Below, piece after piece: positions 10,162 through 19,623 of a DNA stretch of 64,000 nucleotides. The translations under genes were made by a program, and so were the position numbers. The first letter of the stretch is position 1. Each line of letters opens with the position of its first letter. The stretch is from an uncultured Solirubrobacterales bacterium (GTDB lineage: Bacteria; Actinomycetota; Thermoleophilia; Solirubrobacterales; Solirubrobacteraceae), in contig CAWGLB010000011.1 in NCBI GenBank assembly GCA_963823315.1, forward strand, positions 70,698 to 134,697. The letters run 5' to 3'. Below the pieces are notes generated by a model, which worked only from the letters and a program-made list of their open reading frames with translations, was not told the DNA's origin and made no database searches.

Positions 10162-11052
10162 GGCATCTGAAGCTCGCGGGAGTGAATCGAGCCGCTGGCT
10201 TCCGACAGCGGCTGACTTGCCGTGCGGAGGCCGATGATCTCGGCCAGGATCGAGATCGCGGTCTCGGCGGGCGTGCGGGCTCCGATGTCCAGCCCAGAGG
10301 GGCTCGCGATCCGTGCCAGCTGGCCCTCGTCGAGGCCCGTCTCGCGCAGCCGCGCCAAACGCTGCCGGTGGATCCGGCGACTACCCAGGGCGCCCACGTA
10401 TCCGGCGCCGCTCTGCAGGGCGGCGACCAGCGCCGGCTCGTCGAACTTGGGGTCGTGAGTGAACACGAGGACCACGTCCCTGGGACCGAGCTGACGCTGC
10501 GCCATATGTCGGTCGGGCCAGTCCACCGCCACCTCGGCGACGTGCGCGAAGCGCGAGCTTCCGATGAACGGGGCTCGCGCGTCGCAGATCGTGACCCGGT
10601 AGCCGAGCTCGCGCGCTGCCTGGGCCAGCGCGATCGAGAAGTCAATCCCGCCGAAGATGACCATCTCCGGAGACGAGGCAAAGCCCTGGGTGTTAGACCC
10701 CGAGCTCAGACCCATGACCTCTCCGGCGGCGCTGTATCGCCGGACGGTCGACACCCCTTCCTCCAGACACCCGAGGGCGTCGCGCCTGACCGAGGTTTCA
10801 ACACGTCGATGCCGCCACGGCCGCTCGCTGTCTCGTGGTCGCTGACCGCGAGCTTGGCCCCCGCGGCTTCACCGTCGAGCAGCCGGTGACCGAGCCTTCG
10901 ATCCTTCCCGAGTCATCGATCAGCATCTCGGCGCCTGAATCGAATGGCGCAGAGCCAACTGTCTCGATCAGGCTCGCCGCCACCACTTGGTGGCCCCGCT
11001 CGAGCCACTCGAGCGCCACGCCATGCGTGGAGGTGACCGCGCTCTGGCTCAT
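10158..11052 (-). pseudogene. xdhC: XdhC/CoxI-family Moco-insertion accessory protein, frameshifted with apparent internal loss
   Basis: N-fragment ETVGSAPFDSGAEMLIDDSGRIEGSVTGC; C-fragment THDPKFDEPAL, YVGALGSRR, GLDIGARTPAETAISILAEI; junction at 10750-10880 is scrambled. Confidence 0.8.
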
Positions 11053-11771
11053 TGCCGCCGGAACACCTCGAAGCGGATGAACTTATCGTCTACGTCGATC
11101 ACCGAGTAGGCGATCGGCTGTCCTTCGAGCGAGAAGTGACTTTCGTGCAGCCGCGCGAACGGCTCGCCGACCCCCAGCGTGAGCCTGGTCGTCTCCTCGC
11201 TACGCTTGACCGCCGGTTCGATCTCCACGATCGCGTGGTCGATCGCTTGGCGGAGATGTCGAGCGCTGAACTCAAAGAGCGACGCCGACACCTTCCCACG
11301 GGGCGGAGTGGACATTTCTTGCCAGGGGACGAGGTCGCGGATGTAGATCGCCAGCTCGCCGTCGGCGAAGAACAGCTTCTCGGTGAGGAGACAGTCGCCG
11401 CTGGCCTCGCAGCCGAACAGCACACGAAGCTCCTTGATGATCGGGCACCTGCTCCAGGTCACGTCCACCTCGACGTCGTGGCCTTTCTCGCGCAGCAGCC
11501 AATCAAACCCCGTCAGCCGCTGGAGTGCGACGAGGTCAGGCCTGATGTGCTGATTAACGGTCGTGCCCAGGGCGCGGCGACGGGTGATGATGCCGTCCTG
11601 CTCGAGGCTGTGCAGCGCCGTGCGGATCGTGGTACGGCTGACGTTCAACATGCTCGCCAGCTCGTCCTCTGAAGGCAGCCGGCCGCCGTCGAAGCTCTGG
11701 TCGAGAATCGCCTGAAGGATGGTGTCGCGAACTTTGACCGCCAGCGGCCTGTTCTCAAGACGTTCCAACAT
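11049..11771 (-). CDS. GntR-family regulator, HutC/UTRA type
   Basis: wHTH RLPSEDELASMLNVSRTTIRTAL plus UTRA-like C-terminus; start placed at the ATG following a GGAG RBS. Confidence 0.92.
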   Translation of the reverse strand: MLERLENRPLAVKVRDTILQAILDQSFDGGRLPSEDELASMLNVSRTTIRTALHSLEQDGIITRRRALGTTVNQHIRPDLVALQRLTGFDWLLREKGHDVEVDVTWSRCPIIKELRVLFGCEASGDCLLTEKLFFADGELAIYIRDLVPWQEMSTPPRGKVSASLFEFSARHLRQAIDHAIVEIEPAVKRSEETTRLTLGVGEPFARLHESHFSLEGQPIAYSVIDVDDKFIRFEVFRRQ

Positions 11772-11842
11772 TCGGACTCCTGTCTCGTTCGGCGCGGTCG
11801 CGGCGGCCACTCGGCTACGCCCCACTGACTGCCTCGTGTAGC

Positions 11843-11852
11843 TTTGTATTAC
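11843..11852. promoter_or_regulatory. Candidate GntR operator TTTGTATTAC upstream of the gntR-xdhC-coxD-coxE operon
   Basis: Identical 10-mer at 30470-30479; resembles the GT-N-TA-N-AC type of HutC-family site. Confidence 0.5.
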
Positions 11853-11879
11853 GAAGTAGGATAGCCCTAAGCGACGGGC

Positions 11880-12877
11880 GATTCTCCCGAAAGCTAGCCG
11901 AGCCCAACACCGCCGGGCGTTCTTGCTGCAGGTCGCCCGAACGACTGTCTCGCTCAGCCCGGCGCGCTCGATCGTCTCGAAGGGTCCGGTTTGGGTCCCA
12001 GAACGGATAGTCGGTGCCGAGCATCACCCGCTCTGGTCCGACGAGTTCGATCGTCGAGGGCAGCGCGGGCGGCAGATAGGCCCGACATCGGGATACAGCA
12101 GGCGGAGGTGATCGCTGGGGTTGACGTTGACTGCGGCGCGCCCGCCTGCGTGTCGCCCGGCCTCGTAGTCGATCCGGCCGACCTGCTGTGGGAGAAGGCT
12201 CGCGGCATGGGCGAGAATCAGCCGGACGTCCGACTGGCGCTCATACAGGCCCCCGAGCACCGAGCCTCAGCGCGGCCGTCGTCGTGTCGAACATGAAACC
12301 GAGCGTCGGGATCAGTGCGAAGGCATCGACCTGCTTGCGCTCAGCGGGAAGGTCGGATGGATGAAGTCGGCGCCTCAAGGCGCGCCGTCGTATCGAACAC
12401 GGATTGCACCTTGGGATCGTCGGGCGGACGCCCGGCGACGTTCGAGTAGATCATGGCGCCGCGAAACCCAGCCGCGCTGGTTCGTTCAAGCTGAGCCGCC
12501 GCTGCGTCGGGCGCCTGCATCGTCAGCGTCGGAAGATGCAGCAAACCTGTCCGGATAGCGCTCCACCAGCTCCGCAAGGTCATCGTTGTTTCGCGTGCCA
12601 CCGAAGGCCCATCCGCGACCGGGAACCAATCGACGCCCGGGACGTTGAGGCTCAGCAGCGCCGGGTCTATTCCCTGCTGGTCCATCTCACCCAGGCGCAG
12701 CTTCCCGTCGCCCATCGCCGGCAGCACCGGATGGACGTTGCGCTTGCCGTACTCGTTCTGGCGGCCGTTCGGCCCTTCGGAAAGCCTAGCTCCGTGCGCG
12801 CCTCGAGCGCACGCACGAGCGAACTGGCCAGATAGTGCGAGTGGATGTTGATCGTTGTCCCACTCGGCGCTGGCCAT
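11880..12877 (-). pseudogene. Degraded amidohydrolase_2 (ACMSD-like decarboxylase/hydratase)
   Basis: Fragments INIHSHYL, RLGEMDQQGID..LLSLNVPG, GFRGAMIYSNVAG, LILAHA and MLGTDYPFW in different frames. Confidence 0.75.
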
Positions 12878-12880
12878 TGC

Positions 12881-13678
12881 TCACAGATCCATCAGGGCCT
12901 TGCGCTGCGCTCCGTCGATTGGCATGTGCGCACCGTTGACGAAGCTCGCGCGCGGTGAGGCCAGGAAGACCACCACGCTGGCGACCTCCCCGGGCCGGCA
13001 GATCCGCCCCAGTGGGATGCTTGAGACTGCCAGCTCGTGCGCCCGCTGTTGGTCCACGCCTTTATCGCGCGCGAATGCCTTCTCCAGCCCGTCCCAGCGT
13101 TCGGTGTTGACCGGCCCCGGGTTGACAGTATTGACGCGGACGCCGTAACGCCCGTACTGCTCTGCCATCGACGCCGCGAAGTTGATGTCTGCGGCGTTCG
13201 CTGCCCCGGCAGTCACCTCCCAGTAGCTTGGCTTGAGTCCGTCGTTCCCGACTACGAGCACGATGCTGCCCCGACCGCGCTCGCGCATGTGCGGCAACAC
13301 CGCCTTGCACGAACGGACGTATCCCATGAACTTCAAGCCAAGGCTGACCGCCCAGTGCTCCTCGGTCAGCTCCTCGATCAGCCCCCCCGGGGAGGCGCCC
13401 GCGCAGGTGATCAGAATGTCGAGCGCGCCGAGCTCGCCGATTGCCTCTTGGACAACCCGCTCCGCCTCGCCCGGAACGCTCATGTCGCCGGGGAGAGGAA
13501 CGACCCGCCGACCCGTTTCTTGCCGGTCGATTTCCGCTGCCTGACCAAGCCGGGAAGCGTCGCGTGCGTTGATCGCGACGCTGCAACCCTCCTGCGCAAG
13601 CAGGCGCGCGCACGCTCTGCCGATCCCCTTGCTGGCGCCGGTCACGAGCGCCGTTGCTCCGTCGAGCCCGAGATCCAT
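12881..13678 (-). CDS. SDR-family oxidoreductase (atypical, no YxxxK)
   Basis: TGASKGIG, VRVNTVNPG, IPLGR, FVNGAHMPIDG; AAAGGAG RBS before ATG 13678. Confidence 0.92.
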   Translation of the reverse strand: MDLGLDGATALVTGASKGIGRACARLLAQEGCSVAINARDASRLGQAAEIDRQETGRRVVPLPGDMSVPGEAERVVQEAIGELGALDILITCAGASPGGLIEELTEEHWAVSLGLKFMGYVRSCKAVLPHMRERGRGSIVLVVGNDGLKPSYWEVTAGAANAADINFAASMAEQYGRYGVRVNTVNPGPVNTERWDGLEKAFARDKGVDQQRAHELAVSSIPLGRICRPGEVASVVVFLASPRASFVNGAHMPIDGAQRKALMDL

Positions 13679-13768
13679 TGTCTCTCCTTTCTTTACCCAC
13701 AGGACCTGGCCCTCATCGCGCCTTTCGCGGCTGGGCCTCGTGGCCGCGTGGCATCTGGCTGGCACTAA

Positions 13769-13776
13769 GTAATACA
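13769..13776. promoter_or_regulatory. Candidate GntR operator (TGTATTAC on the minus strand) upstream of the SDR operon
   Basis: Same 8-mer as at 11845 and 30472. Confidence 0.4.
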
Positions 13777-14065
13777 CACGATATGGCTCTCAAGCGGTCT
13801 TCTCGGGGTGTATATGGCTGGCCAGGGTCGGGTTCGTTGATCTTTTGGTTCCTATCGTCCCCACGTCGCACGAAACCCGCGACGTCCATGCGACGGCCGT
13901 GTCCGAGGAAGTCGGGGAGGTGCATCAGCAGATCCATCAACCGCTCGTGGACCGGCCCGGACGCGGGCAGATCGACCCAGCGATAAGCCCGGTGAGCGCC
14001 GTCTCGACCGCGGACCGCGCCGCGATAGCGTGCTCGTTGCCACGAGGTTAAGCCTCTCAAATGTG

Positions 14066-14106
14066 TGCCTCAGGCCATTGACAAAATGCAATGGCGCGAT
14101 TAGGTT
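14066..14106 (+). promoter_or_regulatory. Sigma70-type promoter with shared operator for the SBP gene
   Basis: TTGACA (14078-14083), 17 nt, TAGGTT (14101-14106); 14066-14091 is 25/26 identical to the reverse complement of 18954-18979. Confidence 0.75.
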
Positions 14107-14191
14107 CTGCCTCCCTATGCGGTGCCTGTCTCGAACCGCGCTCAGATTGCTTCGCGCCGGAACGTCTGCGCAGGCTCGGGTGGGCGCCGCG

Positions 14192-15502
14192 ATGGAGGAG
14201 GGGCGCCAGCGCGGCCGGATGGTGCGAGCGCGGCGTGTGACGATTGTTGGGCTGACGATCGCGTCCGCGATCGTAGTGTCCGCGTGTGGCGGCAGCCAGG
14301 CCGGGAAGGGGGGGAAGATCGTCATCGCGATGGCCCAGCCCTTCAGTGGACCAAACGCGCCCTTCGGGCCTGAGATGCAGGCTGGATGCGTGCCGGCCGC
14401 CCACGCAATCAACCAGGCCGGCGGGGTGCTCAGCCATAAGGTTTCGTGCCTCGTATCCGACAACCGAGGTGACCCGGCAGACGCGGTACCTGCCGCCGAG
14501 CAGTTGATCTCGGCGACCAGCGGACTCGTTGGCATCCTCGGCCCTGACTCCAACACGGCGAGCGCGACGATTCCGCTGTTCAATCGGGCGCACCTGCCAA
14601 TGTTCACCGACACCGGGCAGTCGGTGTTTGACAAAAACAAGTACCCCTATTACTGGAGGCTCTTTCCGCCTGACGAGACGACCGGATACGCAATGGCTCT
14701 CTACGCCTGGGACCACGGCTACCGGCGAGCCGCGGCCGTTTTCGGCAACGACATCTCCGCGGAGGGGTCGTCCGGATCAGTCGTAAAAGCATTCAAGGCG
14801 CTGGGCGGCAAGGTCGTGATCAACCAGCACATCGCCGAGCAGCAGAGCTCGTATCGCACCGAGGTGGTGGCGCTGGCAGCGGCGAAGCCACAGGTGATCT
14901 TCACCGAGGCAAGCCCGCAGACGTCTTCTACCTATTACAGCGAGCTCAAACAGCAGTTCCACATGATCCCGATCATAGGAACCGACGGGACAGTCTCGGG
15001 AACCTGGGTAGGACCGGTGCGCAAAGCGCTGGGTACTGCGACATTTAACAAGTACTACGTTGGCGCCCAGGCATACGCTCCGCAGAGTGGTCCCGCCTAC
15101 CAGGTGTTCAAGGCCAGCGTGCTGGCTAGCGCTTCGCAGCTCACGAAACCTATCTCGCAATGGCTTGGAGACTCGTACAGCATGGGCGACTACGATGGTG
15201 TGAACATCATGGCCCTTGCCATGCTCGCCGCAAAGTCAACGAATCCCAAGGTCTACAACTCCTTCATACCGAAGGTCGTCGCGGCCGCTCCGGGCGCGGT
15301 GGTTGTGCATACGTTTTCCGCGGGTAAGCAGGCCCTGAGCCGAGGCAAGAGGATCCAGTATGTGGGAGCGTACGGGCCTGTCCTGTTTGACAAATGGCAT
15401 AACTCAGTCGGTGCGTTCGAAATAATCGCCTCCAACTTGAAGACGGTCGTCAAGACGATCAGCGGTGCTGACATCCAGCGCCTGCGAGCAAAGGTCGCCT
15501 GA
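14192..15502 (+). CDS. Branched-chain amino acid (LivK/HAAT)-type ABC substrate-binding lipoprotein
   Basis: Signal peptide with lipobox VSAC-GG; AAHAINQAGGVL, DNRGDP, YPYYWRLFPPD; alternative start at 14219. Confidence 0.9.
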   Translation: MEEGRQRGRMVRARRVTIVGLTIASAIVVSACGGSQAGKGGKIVIAMAQPFSGPNAPFGPEMQAGCVPAAHAINQAGGVLSHKVSCLVSDNRGDPADAVPAAEQLISATSGLVGILGPDSNTASATIPLFNRAHLPMFTDTGQSVFDKNKYPYYWRLFPPDETTGYAMALYAWDHGYRRAAAVFGNDISAEGSSGSVVKAFKALGGKVVINQHIAEQQSSYRTEVVALAAAKPQVIFTEASPQTSSTYYSELKQQFHMIPIIGTDGTVSGTWVGPVRKALGTATFNKYYVGAQAYAPQSGPAYQVFKASVLASASQLTKPISQWLGDSYSMGDYDGVNIMALAMLAAKSTNPKVYNSFIPKVVAAAPGAVVVHTFSAGKQALSRGKRIQYVGAYGPVLFDKWHNSVGAFEIIASNLKTVVKTISGADIQRLRAKVA

Positions 15503-15608
15503 GAGCGTCTAAAAAAATGCGCTGTGACAAGGTCTAACGGTGCGCTCATTGACCTAACGGCTTGGCCGCCGTCGGCCACTGCCGGTGTGACCTGGGCCGA
15601 TTGTGGGG

Positions 15609-17027
15609 TTAGCCGGCCTTGACGTCCCCCGATGATGCTCCGGTGGCAATGGCGCTCGGAGCCGCGCCTAGCGGAACTCTCGTAGGCGTCACGACTCGGC
15701 CATGGCGCACTGCGGTGAGCTCACCATCACGCATCACGACCTGTCCTCGCACGATTGTCGCCACCGCAAGTCCCTTCGTGGCGCGGCCGTGGAATGGCGT
15801 GACATTGTTCTTGCCGTGCAGCTGGTCCTCGTCGATCGCCCCCTCGGCAGCGACGTCCACCACCGTGAGGTCGGCGTCGGAGCCAATTGCGATCGCGCCC
15901 TTCGTTGGATAAAGACCCCAGATGCGTGCAGGCCCTTCGGACGTCGCGCGAGCAAGTTGTTCAAGTGTCATCCTGCCGGCATTCACGCCATAAGTGAGGA
16001 AGAGCCTCAGGCTGAGTTCGACCCCCGCAAAGCCAGATATCGCTTCCCAACAATTGTTTTTGAGCTTCTCTTCTTTCACGTGCGGTGAGTGGTCCGTCGC
16101 GATGGCGTTGATCTTTTCGGCTACTAGCGCCGCGAGCAAACCGTCACCGTGACCCGAATACCGGATTGGTGGATTCATGCGCATCCGAGCGCCGAGCTCG
16201 GCCATCTGCTCGGCGAAGAGAAAGCAGTAATGGGCGGACGTCTCGGTGGTCATATCGACTCCCCGGGTCCGCCACTCCTCGATCAGCCGAAGACCGTCGA
16301 GCGAGGAGAGGTGGGCGATATGCACCTTGGCTCCGCTCTCCTTCGCGAACAATCCGACACGGTTGATCGCCTCGAGCTCGCAGATGATCGGCCGGGAATC
16401 GACGTGCGCCAGGTGGTCCGTGCGACCTGCCGCCTTCTCTCGACGAATGCCGTGCTGGAGGATGTCGTCGTTCTCGGCATGGAAGGCAACGCGGACGCCG
16501 TAAGGTGCAACGGCGTGCAGTGCGTCTAGCAGCACCCCATCGCTCGGCGCGGGGATCTTGCCGATTGTTTCGCCCAGGTAGCACTTGAACGCGAACGCAC
16601 CGGCTTCGATCAGCGGCACGATGTCGGCTGAGTTCTCGCGGCCGACCAGACCGTACAGGCCGACATCGCAGTAGGCGAGATCATCCGCCAGCGTCTTCTT
16701 CTCGGCGAACCGTTCGGCGGTGCTGGTGGGCGGATTTGTGTTCGGCATGTCGCAAACCATCGTCACGCCGCCGTGTACGGCTGCCCGCGAACCCGTCATG
16801 AAGTCTTCTTCGTGTTCGTATCCGGGCTGCCGGAAATGGACATGTGCGTCGATGACACCTGGAAGCACCATGCTTCCTTCAGCGTCGTACTGCTCGGCGT
16901 CCTTAGGCTCGATGTCCCCAGGGGAGACAATCGCGGTGAAGACGCCGTCGGTAATTCCGAGATCCGCCCGGTAGCGGCCTCGGGCGGTCACGACGGTCGC
17001 GTTACGGACCACCAGGTCGTAGCTCAT
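15609..17027 (-). CDS. Cyclic amidohydrolase (allantoinase/dihydroorotase family)
   Basis: PGVIDAHVHFRQPG, DMPNTNPP, FKCYLG (carbamylated Lys), FHAEN, HIAHLS, MNPPIR, ATDHSPH. Confidence 0.92.
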   Translation of the reverse strand: MSYDLVVRNATVVTARGRYRADLGITDGVFTAIVSPGDIEPKDAEQYDAEGSMVLPGVIDAHVHFRQPGYEHEEDFMTGSRAAVHGGVTMVCDMPNTNPPTSTAERFAEKKTLADDLAYCDVGLYGLVGRENSADIVPLIEAGAFAFKCYLGETIGKIPAPSDGVLLDALHAVAPYGVRVAFHAENDDILQHGIRREKAAGRTDHLAHVDSRPIICELEAINRVGLFAKESGAKVHIAHLSSLDGLRLIEEWRTRGVDMTTETSAHYCFLFAEQMAELGARMRMNPPIRYSGHGDGLLAALVAEKINAIATDHSPHVKEEKLKNNCWEAISGFAGVELSLRLFLTYGVNAGRMTLEQLARATSEGPARIWGLYPTKGAIAIGSDADLTVVDVAAEGAIDEDQLHGKNNVTPFHGRATKGLAVATIVRGQVVMRDGELTAVRHGRVVTPTRVPLGAAPSAIATGASSGDVKAG

Positions 17028-17385
17028 CGGCCTCTCTTTCTCTGTGTGTGCACACCAAAGCGGCGCCTGTGTGACAAACCGACGCACGATCTCGCGCCGG
17101 TACCGGGGTGATTCCCCACAGGCCCGCGAGGAAAGCATTGCGTGGCGTGGGCACCTGCAACCTCCGCCGCAGCTGTGAGCATCCAGGAACGCATCCCATG
17201 CGTTGCGCTCGAGGTGGCGCAGCCGCAGCGGTGCGGTCAGGACTGGCGATCACGATCGGCGCATCGAGCGCTCGGAACATCGCCGGACGGCTCGGATGCG
17301 TAGACGCACCTGACCGAGGACTGTGCCGATTCAGCGATTATCAACTTCGGTCCAAGCGCCGACGAACCGTCTCGCTGTCGCTGCC

Positions 17386-18873
17386 TCAAGCCGGAGCTAC
17401 TGCGCCGTCGAGCGGCGCCGCGGACGGCAAGTCGTAGCCTGCAAGCGCCTGAGCCACCAGATCTTCCGTCGCCCCGAAGTCGTAGTTGCGGTACATGAAT
17501 CCTTTGACGATGTGCGGCGCCCCCGCGTAGAAAATCTCGTATTGGTGGTGACGGGAAGCAAACTCTGAGCCTACGACGTCCCAGGCCAGCTTTAGAAGCT
17601 TGATGCGCTCGGCGGCAGGGACTCCCGGGGATTGAATGTAGCGGTCGAAGTCGGCCATCTCCTCAGGATTGGCTAAGTCGTCGGCTGAGGAGGGTAGCTG
17701 CAGTAATCCTCCACCGGCAAGCTCCCTGAGCATATGGAGCAACGTCGGATAGACCTGTGACTGGAGAGTCATGTTGGCGTAGAGCTCCGCGCGACCAGGC
17801 CGGGCCATCCCATTGCGGTCGATCTCACAGTGGGCTTCGTGGGCCCTGACAAGTCCTTCCACCATCGCCGCATATGCGGCCATATGACCTAACGACTGCT
17901 GGACCGCGGGCTGCGTATCGACCCGATTCATTCTGGCGATGCGCGACGCGAGGCCGACGATGAACTCGAGCTTCGTCCAGAAGCGGATCTGAGCCTGACT
18001 GTTGCCAAGCATATGCGCGCCCGTCTCAAAGAACTGGGCGCGAACGATGTCGATGTCGCGATAGACAAACACCCGCTCCCACGGAACGAAAACGTCATCG
18101 AACACGACGAAGCAGTCGCTCTCGTCGAACCTGCTGGTAAGCGGATAGTCGAAGACGCTCGTGGCGGCGGTGGCATATGCACGCCGACAGTAGAGCTTTA
18201 CCCCTTCCGCTCCGGTCGGCACGGCAACCGAGATGGCGTAGGCCTCGTCACCCGGACGCAGCGGATGGATGCAGCTCAGGAGGATGAAGTCCGACAGCGG
18301 CGCGCCCGTTCCCAGCATCTGCGCGCCGCGAATCACGATGCCCCCGTCGCGCTCGGCTGCGACGCCCGCATAAAGGTGCGGGTCCTCCTGCTCGTGAGCA
18401 GCACGGGAGCGGTCGATCTGAGGAGGCACGAGCACATACGAGACGTACCAGCTGTTGTCCCTCGCCTCCCGATAGAAGCGAACGACGTTGTCAGCGAACT
18501 CCTCGCCACCCCGGGCGAAGACGTCCCGGCTCGAGGCGAATGCCGACAGGAACCCGGCGACGTGCTCTGGCCCCCGCCCGAGCAGCCCGAAGGTGCACTC
18601 GGCAATCCGCTTCAGCGCTTCGCGGCGCGCTACGAGGTCCTCATAGCTCCTCGGGACCATCCATGCACAGCTGGTTGGACGTCCCGTCTCCGGGGCCGGG
18701 AAGGTCAGCAGTCTGCCGTTGTCGGCCGCGATCAGGTCATAGATCGAAGCCACGGTGTGAGTGACTGCAGCGAACCCTGGGTGCGTCGTCACATCTGGGA
18801 CGAGCTCACCGTCGAGGTACAGCTTCCTGGAGTCGCGGATTGCCTCCAGATATTCGGCGCCCGTCCGCGTCAT
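17386..18873 (-). CDS. 4-hydroxyphenylacetate 3-hydroxylase (HpaB)-family flavin monooxygenase, oxygenase component
   Basis: RTGAEYLEAIRD, VTTHPGF, FDYPLTSRFDESD, FDDVFVPWERVF, LAWDVVGSEFASRH. Confidence 0.93.
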   Translation of the reverse strand: MTRTGAEYLEAIRDSRKLYLDGELVPDVTTHPGFAAVTHTVASIYDLIAADNGRLLTFPAPETGRPTSCAWMVPRSYEDLVARREALKRIAECTFGLLGRGPEHVAGFLSAFASSRDVFARGGEEFADNVVRFYREARDNSWYVSYVLVPPQIDRSRAAHEQEDPHLYAGVAAERDGGIVIRGAQMLGTGAPLSDFILLSCIHPLRPGDEAYAISVAVPTGAEGVKLYCRRAYATAATSVFDYPLTSRFDESDCFVVFDDVFVPWERVFVYRDIDIVRAQFFETGAHMLGNSQAQIRFWTKLEFIVGLASRIARMNRVDTQPAVQQSLGHMAAYAAMVEGLVRAHEAHCEIDRNGMARPGRAELYANMTLQSQVYPTLLHMLRELAGGGLLQLPSSADDLANPEEMADFDRYIQSPGVPAAERIKLLKLAWDVVGSEFASRHHQYEIFYAGAPHIVKGFMYRNYDFGATEDLVAQALAGYDLPSAAPLDGAVAPA

Positions 18874-18939
18874 CGGCGCATGGTTCGGGCAGCTCTCACC
18901 AGCGGACGGCCCTGAGGTTGACGGGGCTCAAGGGAAATG

Positions 18940-18987
18940 ACCCTAACAAATCCTTGCATTTTGTCAATGGCCTAAGGCATACTTAGG
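18940..18987. promoter_or_regulatory. Overlapping divergent promoters (hpaB-like and rraA-like genes) with inverted repeat
   Basis: Minus strand TTGACA, 16 nt, TAGGGT; plus strand TTGCAT, 18 nt, CATACT ending 7 nt before GTG 18991; perfect inverted repeat CCTAAG-N5-CTTAGG at 18971-18987. Confidence 0.7.
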
Positions 18988-18990
18988 GGC

Positions 18991-19623
18991 GTGGAAGCGC
19001 AGATCACCGCGGGCGCCCCCAAACATACGCTGACTTCAACATCTGTAGCAGATGCGCTCCAGGGGGCAGACGGTGGCGGGGTCGTCTCCGGAATCAGCGC
19101 GTACAGCGATCTCGTGATAGTCGGCAAGGCACTCACAGTTCGCCTTTGCGGGCCGGAGGAGTCAGACCGACCCTTCAACGACTACCTGGATGAGTTGTTC
19201 GATGGGTCGGTCGTGGTCGTGGACAACCGCGGGCGGCGCGGGATCAGTGTCTTTGGCGGGCTGATGGCGGCAGAGGCGCTTCGCAGAGGTGCGCGCGGAG
19301 CAGTCGTCAACGGCGACATCCGTGACGTCGCCGAGGCGCGCGAGCTCGGTTTTGCTCTGTTTGCGCTCGGAGCGACACCACGATCGGGAAGAGTCAACGC
19401 GCGCCTGGAGGCGACCAACGAGCCAGTCGACTGGGGTGGGACTCGAATCGAACCACGCGATACCATCGTGGCGGACGAAGACGGAGTGGTCGTGGTGCCG
19501 GCGCGCCATGCCGGCGACGTGCTCGAGCGAGCCGCGGCGCTTCAGGCGGCCGATGCCACGAAGCTGGAGCAGGTCGCCTCGGGCATACCGCTCGCGGCGA
19601 CGCACGCTGATCTGGGTCCATGA
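18991..19623 (+). CDS. RraA-family protein / HMG-CHA aldolase-like
   Basis: SVADAL, VGKALTVR, VVVVDNRG, VFGGLMA, NGDIRDV, VADEDGVVVVP. Confidence 0.9.
   Translation: MEAQITAGAPKHTLTSTSVADALQGADGGGVVSGISAYSDLVIVGKALTVRLCGPEESDRPFNDYLDELFDGSVVVVDNRGRRGISVFGGLMAAEALRRGARGAVVNGDIRDVAEARELGFALFALGATPRSGRVNARLEATNEPVDWGGTRIEPRDTIVADEDGVVVVPARHAGDVLERAAALQAADATKLEQVASGIPLAATHADLGP

Noticed and set aside
13713-14060. 115-aa minus-strand ORF, faintly reminiscent of TetR C-terminal or GNAT fragments
   Set aside because: No coherent motif set or RBS; may be an eroded gene but cannot be supported
17028-17385. 358-bp spacer upstream of the allantoinase-like gene as a possible riboswitch or small gene
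   Set aside because: No recognisable riboswitch consensus, terminator or credible ORF by eye; a covariance-model search would be needed
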